53,021 nucleotides of DNA from an uncultured Acidobacteriota bacterium (GCA_964628275.1 CAZVOI010000174.1:1-53021); one strand, 5' to 3'. Counted from the stretch's first letter, positions 1 through 8,608 are shown. Notes: generated from the sequence alone by a model not told the origin. A program made the numbers and translations.

Positions 1-804
1 GATGGCGGCCTCCACTTGCTTGCGAGCGCCCAGGGTGAGCGCGGGCGGCGGCGCGGCGGCGCCGTCGGTGGGTTGACCGATCCGCGCGAGCTGGGCTTCC
101 AGGCGCGTGCGCCGCGCCAGCAATCCGCCGCGCTCGGCCGCAAATCCCGAAGCGTCGAGCTGGCGCCGCGCGGCATGCCACGCCGCGAGAACCTCGGGGT
201 CGCGGTGCGCCACGCCCGAGAGCTCGTGGCAACCGGCGCAGTTCCGGTCGAAGGAGATCGGCAGGAAGTCCCTGCCGTCGGCCGGAGGTTCGTGGCACTC
301 GGTGCAGGCGGCCGCGCCCATGCCGATGGCCGCCAGGTGCTGCGCATGGGAGAAGCGGATGCCCGGAGCCTCGCCACGGCGCTCGTGAACCAGCCTGAAC
401 TCGGGATGCGCCGCGAACGACGCGAAGTGGCACTGGGCGCACTCGAAACGCCCGACCCGAGCCAGGCGCGCGGCGCGCCCCTGGTGCTCGCCGTGGCAGC
501 GGTCGCACGACAGGTCCGCGGCCGGCGCGTTCTTCCCGCCCGAACCGGCAGAGACGTGGGCCGTGTGGGTGAGGTTCAAGGCGCCCGCGGGATCGTGGCA
601 GCGCTGGCAGCGGGCGCTCTCGACCCCCGTGCCCTCGGCGTGGCACTCGGAACAGCGTTCGCCGATCGGGGCGTGGCCGCTCGACACCAGGCCGGGCGAG
701 ATCAGCGACCGCGCGCCAACGGCGTGGCCCGCCAAGAGACCGGCGGCGACCAGCGCTCCCACCGCGGCCGCAATCAGCTGCAGCCGGGCGCGCGAGGCCG
801 GCAT
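1..804 (-). CDS. Multihaem c-type cytochrome, partial (3' end beyond left edge; absent from the supplied ORF track)
   Basis: Own minus-strand translation from ATG at 804: MPASRARLQLIAAAVGALVAAGLLAG (signal/anchor). Six CxxCH motifs follow (CSECH, CQRCH, CDRCH, CAQCH, CTECH, CAGCH). The frame stays open to base 1. The overlapping + ORF 16..861 is R/G/A low-complexity. Confidence 0.8.
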   Translation of the reverse strand, partial: MPASRARLQLIAAAVGALVAAGLLAGHAVGARSLISPGLVSSGHAPIGERCSECHAEGTGVESARCQRCHDPAGALNLTHTAHVSAGSGGKNAPAADLSCDRCHGEHQGRAARLARVGRFECAQCHFASFAAHPEFRLVHERRGEAPGIRFSHAQHLAAIGMGAAACTECHEPPADGRDFLPISFDRNCAGCHELSGVAHRDPEVLAAWHAARRQLDASGFAAERGGLLARRTRLEAQLARIGQPTDGAAAPPPALTLGARKQVEAAI

Positions 805-854
805 CACGTAGCCGCGGCTCTTGCTGGGCGTGCCCCAGGTGACCTCGCGAGCCA

Positions 855-1673
855 TCAGTAGAACACCCAGCCGAAGACGTGTACTACGAGCAGGCCGATC
901 AGAGCGCCGGCGGCCGGCACGTGGAGAACGAGCCAGCGCCGCAACAGCCCTTGAAGGCTGTAGTGGGCGTCGAGCTCCATCTTCTCGGTGTATAGGCTCA
1001 TCAGGTCGTCGACCTTCTCCTTCTCGTTCTCCTCCACGAACTGCGCGACGCGGCGAAACGGCTCGAGCGCGCGCTCCCGGCCGCCGCGAACGTCGATCAG
1101 GAACGTCCACGAGGGCTGCAACGCGCCGAGCGGCGCCCGCACCTCGCTCTTGTAGAAGCGGTCGAGCAGATCGCTGCTGCCTTCGATCAGCTTGTCGGCT
1201 TCGTCACGCAGTTCCAGGACCAGCGCCGGGATGCGCTCGTATAGGGCCTCTACACGCAGGCCCTCGGCCAGCGAGGCCGGAATCCATTTCTGGAGCCAGA
1301 CCCCGAGGAGCCCGCTGAGCGAGGTCCAGAGCGCGAGCAGCAGCAGCCATGAGCCAAGCCGCCCGGCGGGCCAGGAGAGGCCGCTGTGAAGAAACGCCGC
1401 GACCAGGGCCAGCATGCCGGCATACACGTGGGCCTGCAGCCAGTTCAGGGCGCTGCCCAGCAGCGCCGCCCGCGGGCGACGCGCCGGGTAGAGCATCTCG
1501 AAGACGTACAGCGCGGCCGCGAGCATCCCGAACGCCAGGCCGAGCCCGCGTTTGGGGCTCCACGGCCGCAGGCTGGAGGCGATCGCGAACACGATGAGCA
1601 GCGCCACGGAAACGAACAGCGTGCCCTTGAAGAGCCGCGGAGACTTTGGCCGCAGGACTTGGCTCGCCCTCAT
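855..1673 (-). CDS. Integral membrane protein, putative di-haem cytochrome b-like subunit
   Basis: C-terminal 272 aa of track ORF 855..2237, starting at ATG 1673 (MRASQVLRPK...). ATGA overlap with the stop of the upstream gene (1670). About five hydrophobic helices. Two of them each carry His-x13-His: H82/H96 (QAHVYAGMLALVAAFLHS, codons 1428-1430 and 1386-1388) and H251/H265 (LHVPAAGALIGLLVVHV). The N-terminal part of the track ORF is out-of-frame overlap with 1670..3181. Confidence 0.7.
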   Translation of the reverse strand: MRASQVLRPKSPRLFKGTLFVSVALLIVFAIASSLRPWSPKRGLGLAFGMLAAALYVFEMLYPARRPRAALLGSALNWLQAHVYAGMLALVAAFLHSGLSWPAGRLGSWLLLLALWTSLSGLLGVWLQKWIPASLAEGLRVEALYERIPALVLELRDEADKLIEGSSDLLDRFYKSEVRAPLGALQPSWTFLIDVRGGRERALEPFRRVAQFVEENEKEKVDDLMSLYTEKMELDAHYSLQGLLRRWLVLHVPAAGALIGLLVVHVFGWVFY

Positions 1674-3181
1674 CGCAAGAGCCGCGTCACTCGGTCGAGG
1701 TCCTTGAACGAGATGCGCACCGATGAACCATGCGGACACATCTGCACGCAAGCCGGCCCCTCGGGGCGCGTCAGGCACAGATCGCACTTGGTCGCGAGCT
1801 CGACCGGCTTGCCGTCGGGGCGCTTCTCGTTCGTCTCGACCATCACGATGTTGTCCCAGGGACAGCGCTCGGCGCAGTTGCCGCAGCCAATGCAGGTCGC
1901 GCTCTGGATCGTGACCTCCAGCGAGCCCACGCCGCGGGTGATCGCGCCGGTCGGGCAGTCCATCATGCATACCGGGTCGGCGCACTGATAGCAGGCGGTC
2001 GGGACCAGCCAGTTGCGGTACTTCTGCCCCTCGCGGACGAAGCGCGGCACCCCGCCGTGAGCGTCGGCGCAGCCGCGCACGCAGTCGTCGCAGCGGGTGC
2101 AGGTCGAGAGATCGATCAGCAGCACGCTCTCGCCGTGGATCAGGCCCGTCTCCATCGCCATCTGCAGGTACTCGGACTGGGTCGGGTTCTCGGCCGCCGC
2201 GGCGCGGGCCTTGAGCCGGGACACCGCCTCCCGCCACAGCTCGTCCTCGAGCCCGGGGTAGCGGGCGGTGATCTCATGGAAGTCAGCCTTGTCGATCTTC
2301 ACCAGCTCGGCGTGGTCGAGCGCCTGGAGCGTGAACGGCCAGTGCTCGTCCACCAACAGCGCCGTCTCGCCGGCATAGTCGCCCTTGCGCAGGTAGGTGA
2401 CGGCCAGGTCCGACGTTCCGGCCGTCACGCTCACCTTCACGAAGCCGCCGCGAACCAGGTAGAAGCAGGTCGCCGGCTGGCCCTCCTGCTCGATCACCTG
2501 GCCCGGCTCGAACGAGACGAGGTCGGCGCGCTCCTTGAGCCTGTCGATCACGCTCGCTTCGACTCTCGAGAAGAGCGCTACGCTGCCGAGGTGCAACGCC
2601 AGGCTGCGTTCGCGGTAGCGCGTGTCGAGGAACTTCTTGAAATCGCGTGACACCGCCGTGAGCATGCGCAGCGCCGGCAGCCGGATCTGCAACAACGAGA
2701 CGGCGGTCTCGGCCCGGACCGTGGCCGAGACCGGATAGCGCGAGAGCGCGCTCATCTCGCCGAAGATCTCGCCGGCGCCGAGCCGCTTGTTCGACGAGAG
2801 CGCGTCGCCGAAGCCGCGGCCGATCCACGAGTCGCCGCGCGCCGGCAGCGTGGGCGACGCGACGTGAGCGCCGCCGCGCACCTGGGCCAGCAGCGCGCCC
2901 GGCCGTTGCGGCTGCGGCTGCAGCACCACCTCGACCATGCCGGACACGAGATAGAAGGCCGAATCGCTGTAGTCGCCCTCGCGCAGGATCAGCTCTCCCG
3001 GCTCGAGGTCGGCTTTGAAGATGTAGCGCCGGATCTTCTCGACGACCTTGTCGCGCGTCTTCTCGGCCAAGCCCGACAGCAGCGGCAGGGCCCGCAGGTC
3101 GTCCGCGCTCGCCGGAACCATCAGCCTCTGGCGGCGCTGGTGGCGCTCGAGAAGCTCGCTACGGCCGATTGGGCTGCTCAT
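1670..3181 (-). CDS. Two cyclic-nucleotide-binding domains fused to a four-cluster [4Fe-4S] ferredoxin (DmsB/NrfC-like)
   Basis: N-terminal half has two CNB-like modules (ELILREGDYSDSAFYLVSGMVEV...GEIFGEMSAL; VIEQEGQPATCFYLVRGGFVKV...GDYAGETALL). C-terminal half has four Cys clusters: CTRCDDCVRGC, CYQCADPVCMMDCP, CIGCGNCAERCP, CDLC-x8-CVQMCP. No signal or Tat motif. An alternative start at ATG 3121 (MVPASADD) has a better AGAGG Shine-Dalgarno. Confidence 0.85.
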   Translation of the reverse strand: MSSPIGRSELLERHQRRQRLMVPASADDLRALPLLSGLAEKTRDKVVEKIRRYIFKADLEPGELILREGDYSDSAFYLVSGMVEVVLQPQPQRPGALLAQVRGGAHVASPTLPARGDSWIGRGFGDALSSNKRLGAGEIFGEMSALSRYPVSATVRAETAVSLLQIRLPALRMLTAVSRDFKKFLDTRYRERSLALHLGSVALFSRVEASVIDRLKERADLVSFEPGQVIEQEGQPATCFYLVRGGFVKVSVTAGTSDLAVTYLRKGDYAGETALLVDEHWPFTLQALDHAELVKIDKADFHEITARYPGLEDELWREAVSRLKARAAAAENPTQSEYLQMAMETGLIHGESVLLIDLSTCTRCDDCVRGCADAHGGVPRFVREGQKYRNWLVPTACYQCADPVCMMDCPTGAITRGVGSLEVTIQSATCIGCGNCAERCPWDNIVMVETNEKRPDGKPVELATKCDLCLTRPEGPACVQMCPHGSSVRISFKDLDRVTRLLR

Positions 3182-3197
3182 TCCGGGGCATTTGTTC

Positions 3198-3203
3198 TAT
3201 CAT
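3198..3203 (+). promoter_or_regulatory. -10-like hexamer TATCAT, 10 nt upstream of the oleA ATG
   Basis: AT-rich TTGTTCTATCAT sits in the 32-bp gap between divergent starts 3181 and 3214. No Shine-Dalgarno before ATG 3214. No convincing -35. Confidence 0.25.
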
Positions 3204-3213
3204 CTCGTCGCAG

Positions 3214-4233
3214 ATGCGCTTCCGTCATGTCGCGATCGAGGCGGTCAGCTACGAGCTGCCGACCAAAAAGGTCACGAGCAACGAGCTCGAGAACCGCCTG
3301 AACGACACCACGGCGCGGCTCAAGCTGCCTCAGCGACCGATCGAACCGCTGACCGGGATCTCGGAGCGCCGCTTCTGGGACCCCGGAACGCTGGTGAGCG
3401 ACGTCGCCGCCAAGGTGGCGCGCAAGGCGATGGCCGCCGCTGGCATCGAGCCCGACAAGGTCGGGATCCTGATCAACACCTCCGTCTCCAAGGACTACAT
3501 CGAACCCTCGATGGCGAGCCTGGTGCACGGGGATCTCGGCCTTCGTGCCGACTGTCTGAACTTCGACATCGCCAACGCCTGCTTGGGCTTCATGAACGGC
3601 ATCGAGGTGGCGGGCCGGATGATCGAAGAGGGCCTCGTCGACTACGCGCTGCTGGTGGATGGCGAGAGCGCTGGCGAGATCGTCGACTCGACGATCAAGC
3701 GCATGGCCAAGTTGGATCTCACCGCCAAGGACTTCTGGGACAACTTCGCGACACTGACGCTCGGCTCGGTGGCGGTCGCGATGGTGCTCACCAACGCGCG
3801 GCTCTCCAAGACGACGCACCGCCTGAACGGCAGCGTGACGCTCGCCGACACGTCGCAGAACCGGCTCTGCCTCGGCACCAACGACTGGATGGTCACGCAG
3901 TCCACGCGGCTCTTGAAGTCCGGCGTGGAGCTCGCGATCAAGACCTGGAACAAGGCCGCCGGACAGCTCCCCGGCTGGGCCGCGGAGAAGATCGAGCACT
4001 TCATCTGTCACCAGGTCGGCAAGCCGCACGTGCTGGCGATTTGCGAGGCGCTCGGGATCGACGACGAGAAGTGCTTCCTGACTTTTCCCGAGCACGGCAA
4101 CGTGGGACCGGCGGCGGTTCCGCTGACGCTCGCGCTGGCCGACGAGTCGGGCCGCATGCGCAAGGGCGATCACGTCGCGCTGATGGGCATCGGGTCGGGC
4201 CTGAACGTCACGATGATGAGCGTCACCTGGTGA
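3214..4233 (+). CDS. oleA: OleA, thiolase-fold acyl-CoA head-to-head condensing enzyme (FabH-like)
   Basis: ATG 3214 (MRFRHVAIEAVSYELP). Motifs ILINTSVSKDYIEPSMAS, catalytic-Cys motif DIANACLGF, C-terminal LMGIGSGLNVTMMSVTW. Block-by-block resemblance to Xanthomonas OleA as I recall it. First gene of a FabH-like / alpha-beta hydrolase / AMP-ligase / NAD-reductase series. Confidence 0.85.
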   Translation: MRFRHVAIEAVSYELPTKKVTSNELENRLNDTTARLKLPQRPIEPLTGISERRFWDPGTLVSDVAAKVARKAMAAAGIEPDKVGILINTSVSKDYIEPSMASLVHGDLGLRADCLNFDIANACLGFMNGIEVAGRMIEEGLVDYALLVDGESAGEIVDSTIKRMAKLDLTAKDFWDNFATLTLGSVAVAMVLTNARLSKTTHRLNGSVTLADTSQNRLCLGTNDWMVTQSTRLLKSGVELAIKTWNKAAGQLPGWAAEKIEHFICHQVGKPHVLAICEALGIDDEKCFLTFPEHGNVGPAAVPLTLALADESGRMRKGDHVALMGIGSGLNVTMMSVTW

Positions 4234-5141
4234 ATGCGGGCGCCCAGGTGGCGCACGCGCTGACCCATCCCGACGTGCCGGCCTGGCGGTCACTCTACCC
4301 CTTCTCCTCGCACTACCACCAAATCGGCCCGCACACGCTCCACTACCTCGACGAGGGCCCGCGCGACGCGCCGCCGCTGCTGCTGGTGCACGGGAACCCG
4401 ACCTGGTCCTTCTACTGGCGTCGCGCGGTGCTCCGGTTTCGGGACCGCTTCCGAGTGGTGGCGATCGACCACCTCGGCTGCGGCCTCTCGGACAAACCCC
4501 AGGATTGGCCGTATCGGCTCGCAGATCACGTCGCAAACCTCGAGAGCCTGGCGCTGCACCTCGACCTCAGGAACGTCACGCTCGGCGTCCACGACTGGGG
4601 TGGCGCGATCGGCCTGGGCTTCGCGACGCGTCATCCGGATCGCGTGGCGCGGCTGCTGGTGACGAACAGCGCGGCATTCCGTTCGTCGCGACTGCCGCTG
4701 CGGATCGCGGCCTGTCGGATCCCGTTGCTCGGGCCGCTGCTGGTCCGCGGTCTGAACGGTTTCGCGAGAGCCGCGACGCTGATGGCAACGGCGCGGGGGT
4801 TGAGCTCCGAGATTGCCGAGGGGCTGTTGGCGCCCTACGCCTCCTGGAACGAGCGCGTGGCGGTGATGCGCTTCGTCGAGGACATCCCGATGGACGCTTC
4901 GCATCCGTCGTGGCCGACGCTGGTCGCGATCGAAGAGGCGCTCGGCACGCTGCGCGAGCGGCCGATGCTGCTGGTCTGGGGCGAGCGGGACTGGTGCTTC
5001 ACACCGGCGTTTCGCGAGGAGTGGCAGCGGCGCTTTCCGTCCGCCGAGGCGGAGCCGATCGCGGCCGCCGGCCACTACGTGCTGGAAGACGCGCCCGAGC
5101 GCGCGTTGTCGCGGATCGACCGCTTTCTCTCGGCGCCGTGA
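4230..5141 (+). CDS. oleB: OleB, alpha/beta-hydrolase (haloalkane-dehalogenase-like) beta-lactone decarboxylase
   Basis: GTG 4230 overlaps the oleA stop (GTGA). LLLVHGNPTWSFYWR and nucleophile elbow GVHDWGGAIG. This is the C-terminal 303 aa of track ORF 3048..5141. Confidence 0.8.
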   Translation: MNAGAQVAHALTHPDVPAWRSLYPFSSHYHQIGPHTLHYLDEGPRDAPPLLLVHGNPTWSFYWRRAVLRFRDRFRVVAIDHLGCGLSDKPQDWPYRLADHVANLESLALHLDLRNVTLGVHDWGGAIGLGFATRHPDRVARLLVTNSAAFRSSRLPLRIAACRIPLLGPLLVRGLNGFARAATLMATARGLSSEIAEGLLAPYASWNERVAVMRFVEDIPMDASHPSWPTLVAIEEALGTLRERPMLLVWGERDWCFTPAFREEWQRRFPSAEAEPIAAAGHYVLEDAPERALSRIDRFLSAP

Positions 5142-6721
5142 ACGTCGCGGCGTATCTCAAGCAGCAGGCGTCCGCCCGGCCCGACCAGGACGCGATCCGG
5201 GCGCGCACCGGGGGCGCGTCGCGAATCACCTTTGCCGGGCTAGACCGGCGCTCCGACGCGCTGGCGCTGGGGCTGGATCGCTTCGGAATCGGGAGGGGGC
5301 AGCGCACGCTGGTCATGGTGCGGCCCGGGATCGAGCTGATCACGCTCAGCTACGCGCTCCTCAAGGCCGGCGCCGTGCCGGTCCTGATCGACCCGGGAAT
5401 GGGATTGCGTGGCTTCTTGCGCTCGGTCGCCGACACAAAGCCGACCGCATTCGTCGGGATTCCGCTGGCGCAGCTGGTACGCCAGGTCTTTCGGTCGCCG
5501 TTCGAGAGCGTCGAGCGTGTGGTCACAGTCGGGCGTCGGCTGCTGTGGGGCGGCGCGACGCTTCGCGAGATCGAGGCGGGCGCCCAGGGTGGCTCTCATT
5601 TCGTGGCAGCCGAGGACCGAGATCCCGCCGCCATTCTCTTCACCTCGGGCAGCACCGGGCCGGCCAAGGGCGCGCTCTACAGCCACGGCCACTTCTGCGC
5701 CCAGATCGCAGCCTTGAAGGCCTGCTACGGATTTCGACCGGGAGAGGTCGACCTCGCGGCGTTTCCGCTGTTCTCGCTCTTCGACGGCGCGCTCGGCATG
5801 ACCAGCGTCATCCCCGATCTCGATCCGGCGCGACCCGGTCGCTGCGACCCCGCGAAGATCGTCGCCGCCCTGGACGAGGAGCGCTGCACCACGGCCTTTG
5901 GGTCGCCGGCCATCTGGCGGCGTGTCGCGCCCTATTGCGTCGAGCGCGGCGTGAAGCTCGAGCATCTGAAGCGCGTCCTGATCGCCGGCGCGTCGGTGCC
6001 GCCGCGCTTGATCCTTGCGCTGCATCAGATTCTGCCGCCTGACGGCGAGGTCCACACTCCCTACGGCGCAACCGAGGCTCTGCCGGTGACCACGATCGCG
6101 GGACGCGAGATCGTGGCGGGCGCCGCTGTTGCGAGCCGTGAGGGCCGGGGGACCTGTGTCGGCCGCAGCGTCGGACAGCTGGACGTCAGGGTGATCGGCA
6201 TCAGCGACGAGCCGATTCCGCGATGGGATCCGCGGCTCGAGCTTCCGGCCGGCGAGGTCGGTGAGATCTGCGTGCGCGGCGCCGTGGTGACCCGAGAATA
6301 TGTCGGCCGCGACGACGCGACGAAGAGCGCCAAGATCGCCGACGGCGACAGTTGCTGGCACCGGATGGGCGATCTCGGCTACTTCGACCCGATGGGCCGG
6401 CTATGGTTCGCGGGCCGCAAGGCCGAACGGGTCCGGACGGCGGCGGGAGTTCTGTTCACCGATCTCGTGGAAAGCCGGATCGCCGGAGTCGCGGGTGTGG
6501 GACGCTGCGCCCTGGTGGGCGTCGGCGATCCCGATGCGGAGCGCCCGGTGGCGGTGATCGAGGGCCCAAGCGACACGGCGCTGGCGGCGCGGGTCAGAGC
6601 CGTCTTCCCCTTCCAGGCGGTGCTGTTTCACCCACGTTTCCCGGTCGACGTACGCCACAACGCGAAGATCCATCGGCTCGATCTGAAGCGCTGGGCCCAG
6701 CGTCGGCTGACCCGGGCGTGA
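5138..6721 (+). CDS. oleC: OleC, ANL-superfamily AMP-forming beta-lactone synthetase
   Basis: GTG 5138 overlaps the oleB stop (GTGA). Adenylation motifs LFTSGSTGPAKG, YGATE, GDLGYFDPMGRLWFAGRK. C-terminal 527 aa of track ORF 4505..6721. Confidence 0.85.
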   Translation: MNVAAYLKQQASARPDQDAIRARTGGASRITFAGLDRRSDALALGLDRFGIGRGQRTLVMVRPGIELITLSYALLKAGAVPVLIDPGMGLRGFLRSVADTKPTAFVGIPLAQLVRQVFRSPFESVERVVTVGRRLLWGGATLREIEAGAQGGSHFVAAEDRDPAAILFTSGSTGPAKGALYSHGHFCAQIAALKACYGFRPGEVDLAAFPLFSLFDGALGMTSVIPDLDPARPGRCDPAKIVAALDEERCTTAFGSPAIWRRVAPYCVERGVKLEHLKRVLIAGASVPPRLILALHQILPPDGEVHTPYGATEALPVTTIAGREIVAGAAVASREGRGTCVGRSVGQLDVRVIGISDEPIPRWDPRLELPAGEVGEICVRGAVVTREYVGRDDATKSAKIADGDSCWHRMGDLGYFDPMGRLWFAGRKAERVRTAAGVLFTDLVESRIAGVAGVGRCALVGVGDPDAERPVAVIEGPSDTALAARVRAVFPFQAVLFHPRFPVDVRHNAKIHRLDLKRWAQRRLTRA

Positions 6722-7710
6722 AGGCGCTCGTCACCGGAGGCGGCGGCTTCCTCGGGCGTGCGATCGTCGAGGCGCTCTTGGCTCGCGGGCATGCGGTCAC
6801 GGTCGTCGGGAGGAGCGACTACCCCGAGATGGTCGCGCTGGGCGCGCTGCTGCGACGGGCGGACGTCACCGAGAAGGCCGCGATCCAGGAGGCGGTGGCA
6901 GGCCACGACGTCGTCTTTCATGCCGCGGCGAAAGCCGGCGTGTGGGGCGCTCGGGCCGACTTCTTCGACACGAACGTCCTTGGAACCCGCAACGTAGTCG
7001 ACGCCTGCCGAGCGGCCGGCGTGGCGAAGCTGGTCTTCACGAGCTCACCCAGCGTCGTTTTCGACGGCCGCGATCACGTCGACGCCTCGAACGATCTGCC
7101 GTACCCGAAGTCCTACGAGTCCCACTACCCCGCCACCAAGGCCGAGGCCGAGAAGCTGGTTCTGGCTGCCAACGGCGCCGGGCTCGCGACGATCGCGCTG
7201 CGGCCGCATCTCATCTACGGCCCGCGCGATCCGCACCTGCTGCCCAGGATCTTTGCCCGCGCCAGGAGCGGACGTCTGGCTGTGGTTGGAGACGGCCGGA
7301 ACCGGGTCAGCGTCAGTTACGTCGACAACGCCGCGGCCGCGCACGTCCGCGCGGCGGAAGTCCTGTCACCGGACGCCGCGTGCGCCGGGCGGGCCTACTT
7401 CGTCAACGACGCGGAGCCCGTCCTGCTATGGTCCTGGCTCAACGAACTGCTCCGCCGAGTCGAGATCGCTCCGATCACCCGGCGTGTGCCCCTGGGCCTG
7501 GCTCGCGCCGGCGGCGCTCTCCTTGAAGCGGTCTGGTCCATGCTAGACCTCCCGGGCGAACCTCCCATGACACGCTTCGTTGCGGCCCAGCTCGCGCATT
7601 CGCACTCATATTCGCTCGAGCCAGCGCGCCGCGACTTCGGATTCCGTCCGCCAGTCGCCCCGGCCGCCGCCCTCGACGCGACTGTCGCCTGGTGGTGGCG
7701 GCGCTCGTGA
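6718..7710 (+). CDS. oleD: OleD, NAD(P)H-dependent 2-alkyl-3-ketoacyl reductase (extended SDR / 3-beta-HSD family)
   Basis: GTG 6718 overlaps the oleC stop (GTGA). Rossmann motif VTGGGGFLGRAIV and YPATK (YxxxK). Confidence 0.85.
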   Translation: MKALVTGGGGFLGRAIVEALLARGHAVTVVGRSDYPEMVALGALLRRADVTEKAAIQEAVAGHDVVFHAAAKAGVWGARADFFDTNVLGTRNVVDACRAAGVAKLVFTSSPSVVFDGRDHVDASNDLPYPKSYESHYPATKAEAEKLVLAANGAGLATIALRPHLIYGPRDPHLLPRIFARARSGRLAVVGDGRNRVSVSYVDNAAAAHVRAAEVLSPDAACAGRAYFVNDAEPVLLWSWLNELLRRVEIAPITRRVPLGLARAGGALLEAVWSMLDLPGEPPMTRFVAAQLAHSHSYSLEPARRDFGFRPPVAPAAALDATVAWWWRRS

Positions 7711-7720
7711 CCAAACCGCT

Positions 7721-8608
7721 ATGCGTCGGCGCGAGACGCGGGCCCGCCATGCGGGAGCGCCCCTGAACACCGCGCACAAGATCGCCCTGGTGCGGATCGC
7801 GTCCGGAATCGCGCGGGCCGGACGCCGGCTGCTGGGCCGCGGCCCGGAGCTGACCACGTCGCGACGCGGCCTGGTCTGGCGCCTCGACCTGCGCGAGGGC
7901 ATCGACTTCTCGATCTACCTGCTGGGCACCTTCGAGCCGTTGACGGTGCGCTGCTACGAACGGATCGTGAAGCCGGGGGACACCGTGCTCGACGTCGGCG
8001 CCAACATCGGCGCTCACACGCTTCGCTTCGCGCAATTGGTCGGCGAGCTGGGCCGCGTGGTCGCGATCGAACCGACGCGCTTCGCCTTCGATAAGCTGCT
8101 GGCGAACGCCGCGCTGAACCCGGCGCTCGCGCCCCGGATCCGGCCGCTGCAGCGGATGCTCGTCGCCGAGGCGACACAGGGCGTCGCGCCAACCGTCTAT
8201 TCGAGCTGGCCGCTCGTGGAAAGCGGGCCGCTACACGCCGAGCACCGTGGGCGCCTGATGCACACCACCGGCGCTGGCGCCGCGACGCTCGACGCCACGA
8301 TCCACGAGCTCGGGCTCCAGCGCATCGATCTGATCAAGCTGGACGTGGACGGCAACGAGCTCGCCGTTCTGCGCGGCGCGGCCGCGACGCTGGCCCGCGA
8401 CGAGCCGGACATCGTGATCGAGCTCGCGCCGTCCCTGCTTTCGGCACGACCCACCGACTTCGACGCGATGCTCGGCCTGCTCTGGGATGCAGGCTACCGG
8501 CTGCGCCGACTGCTGAGCGGCCGCGAGCTGCCGAGGAAGGCCGACGCGATTCGCTCGCTGATTCCCCGCGCCGGCTCAGTGAACGCCCTGGCCACGAAAC
8601 GAGCTTGA
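7721..8608 (+). CDS. FkbM-family SAM-dependent methyltransferase
   Basis: ATG 7721, 10 nt after the oleD stop. VLDVGANIGAHTL SAM-binding motif and IDLIKLDVDGNELAVLRGA, typical of FkbM-type methyltransferases. Confidence 0.75.
   Translation: MRRRETRARHAGAPLNTAHKIALVRIASGIARAGRRLLGRGPELTTSRRGLVWRLDLREGIDFSIYLLGTFEPLTVRCYERIVKPGDTVLDVGANIGAHTLRFAQLVGELGRVVAIEPTRFAFDKLLANAALNPALAPRIRPLQRMLVAEATQGVAPTVYSSWPLVESGPLHAEHRGRLMHTTGAGAATLDATIHELGLQRIDLIKLDVDGNELAVLRGAAATLARDEPDIVIELAPSLLSARPTDFDAMLGLLWDAGYRLRRLLSGRELPRKADAIRSLIPRAGSVNALATKRA

Noticed and set aside
16-861. 281-aa + strand ORF (and nested + ORFs) covering the left end
   Set aside because: R/G/A-rich low-complexity translation with no motifs. 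The opposite strand encodes a convincing multihaem cytochrome c with six CxxCH motifs.
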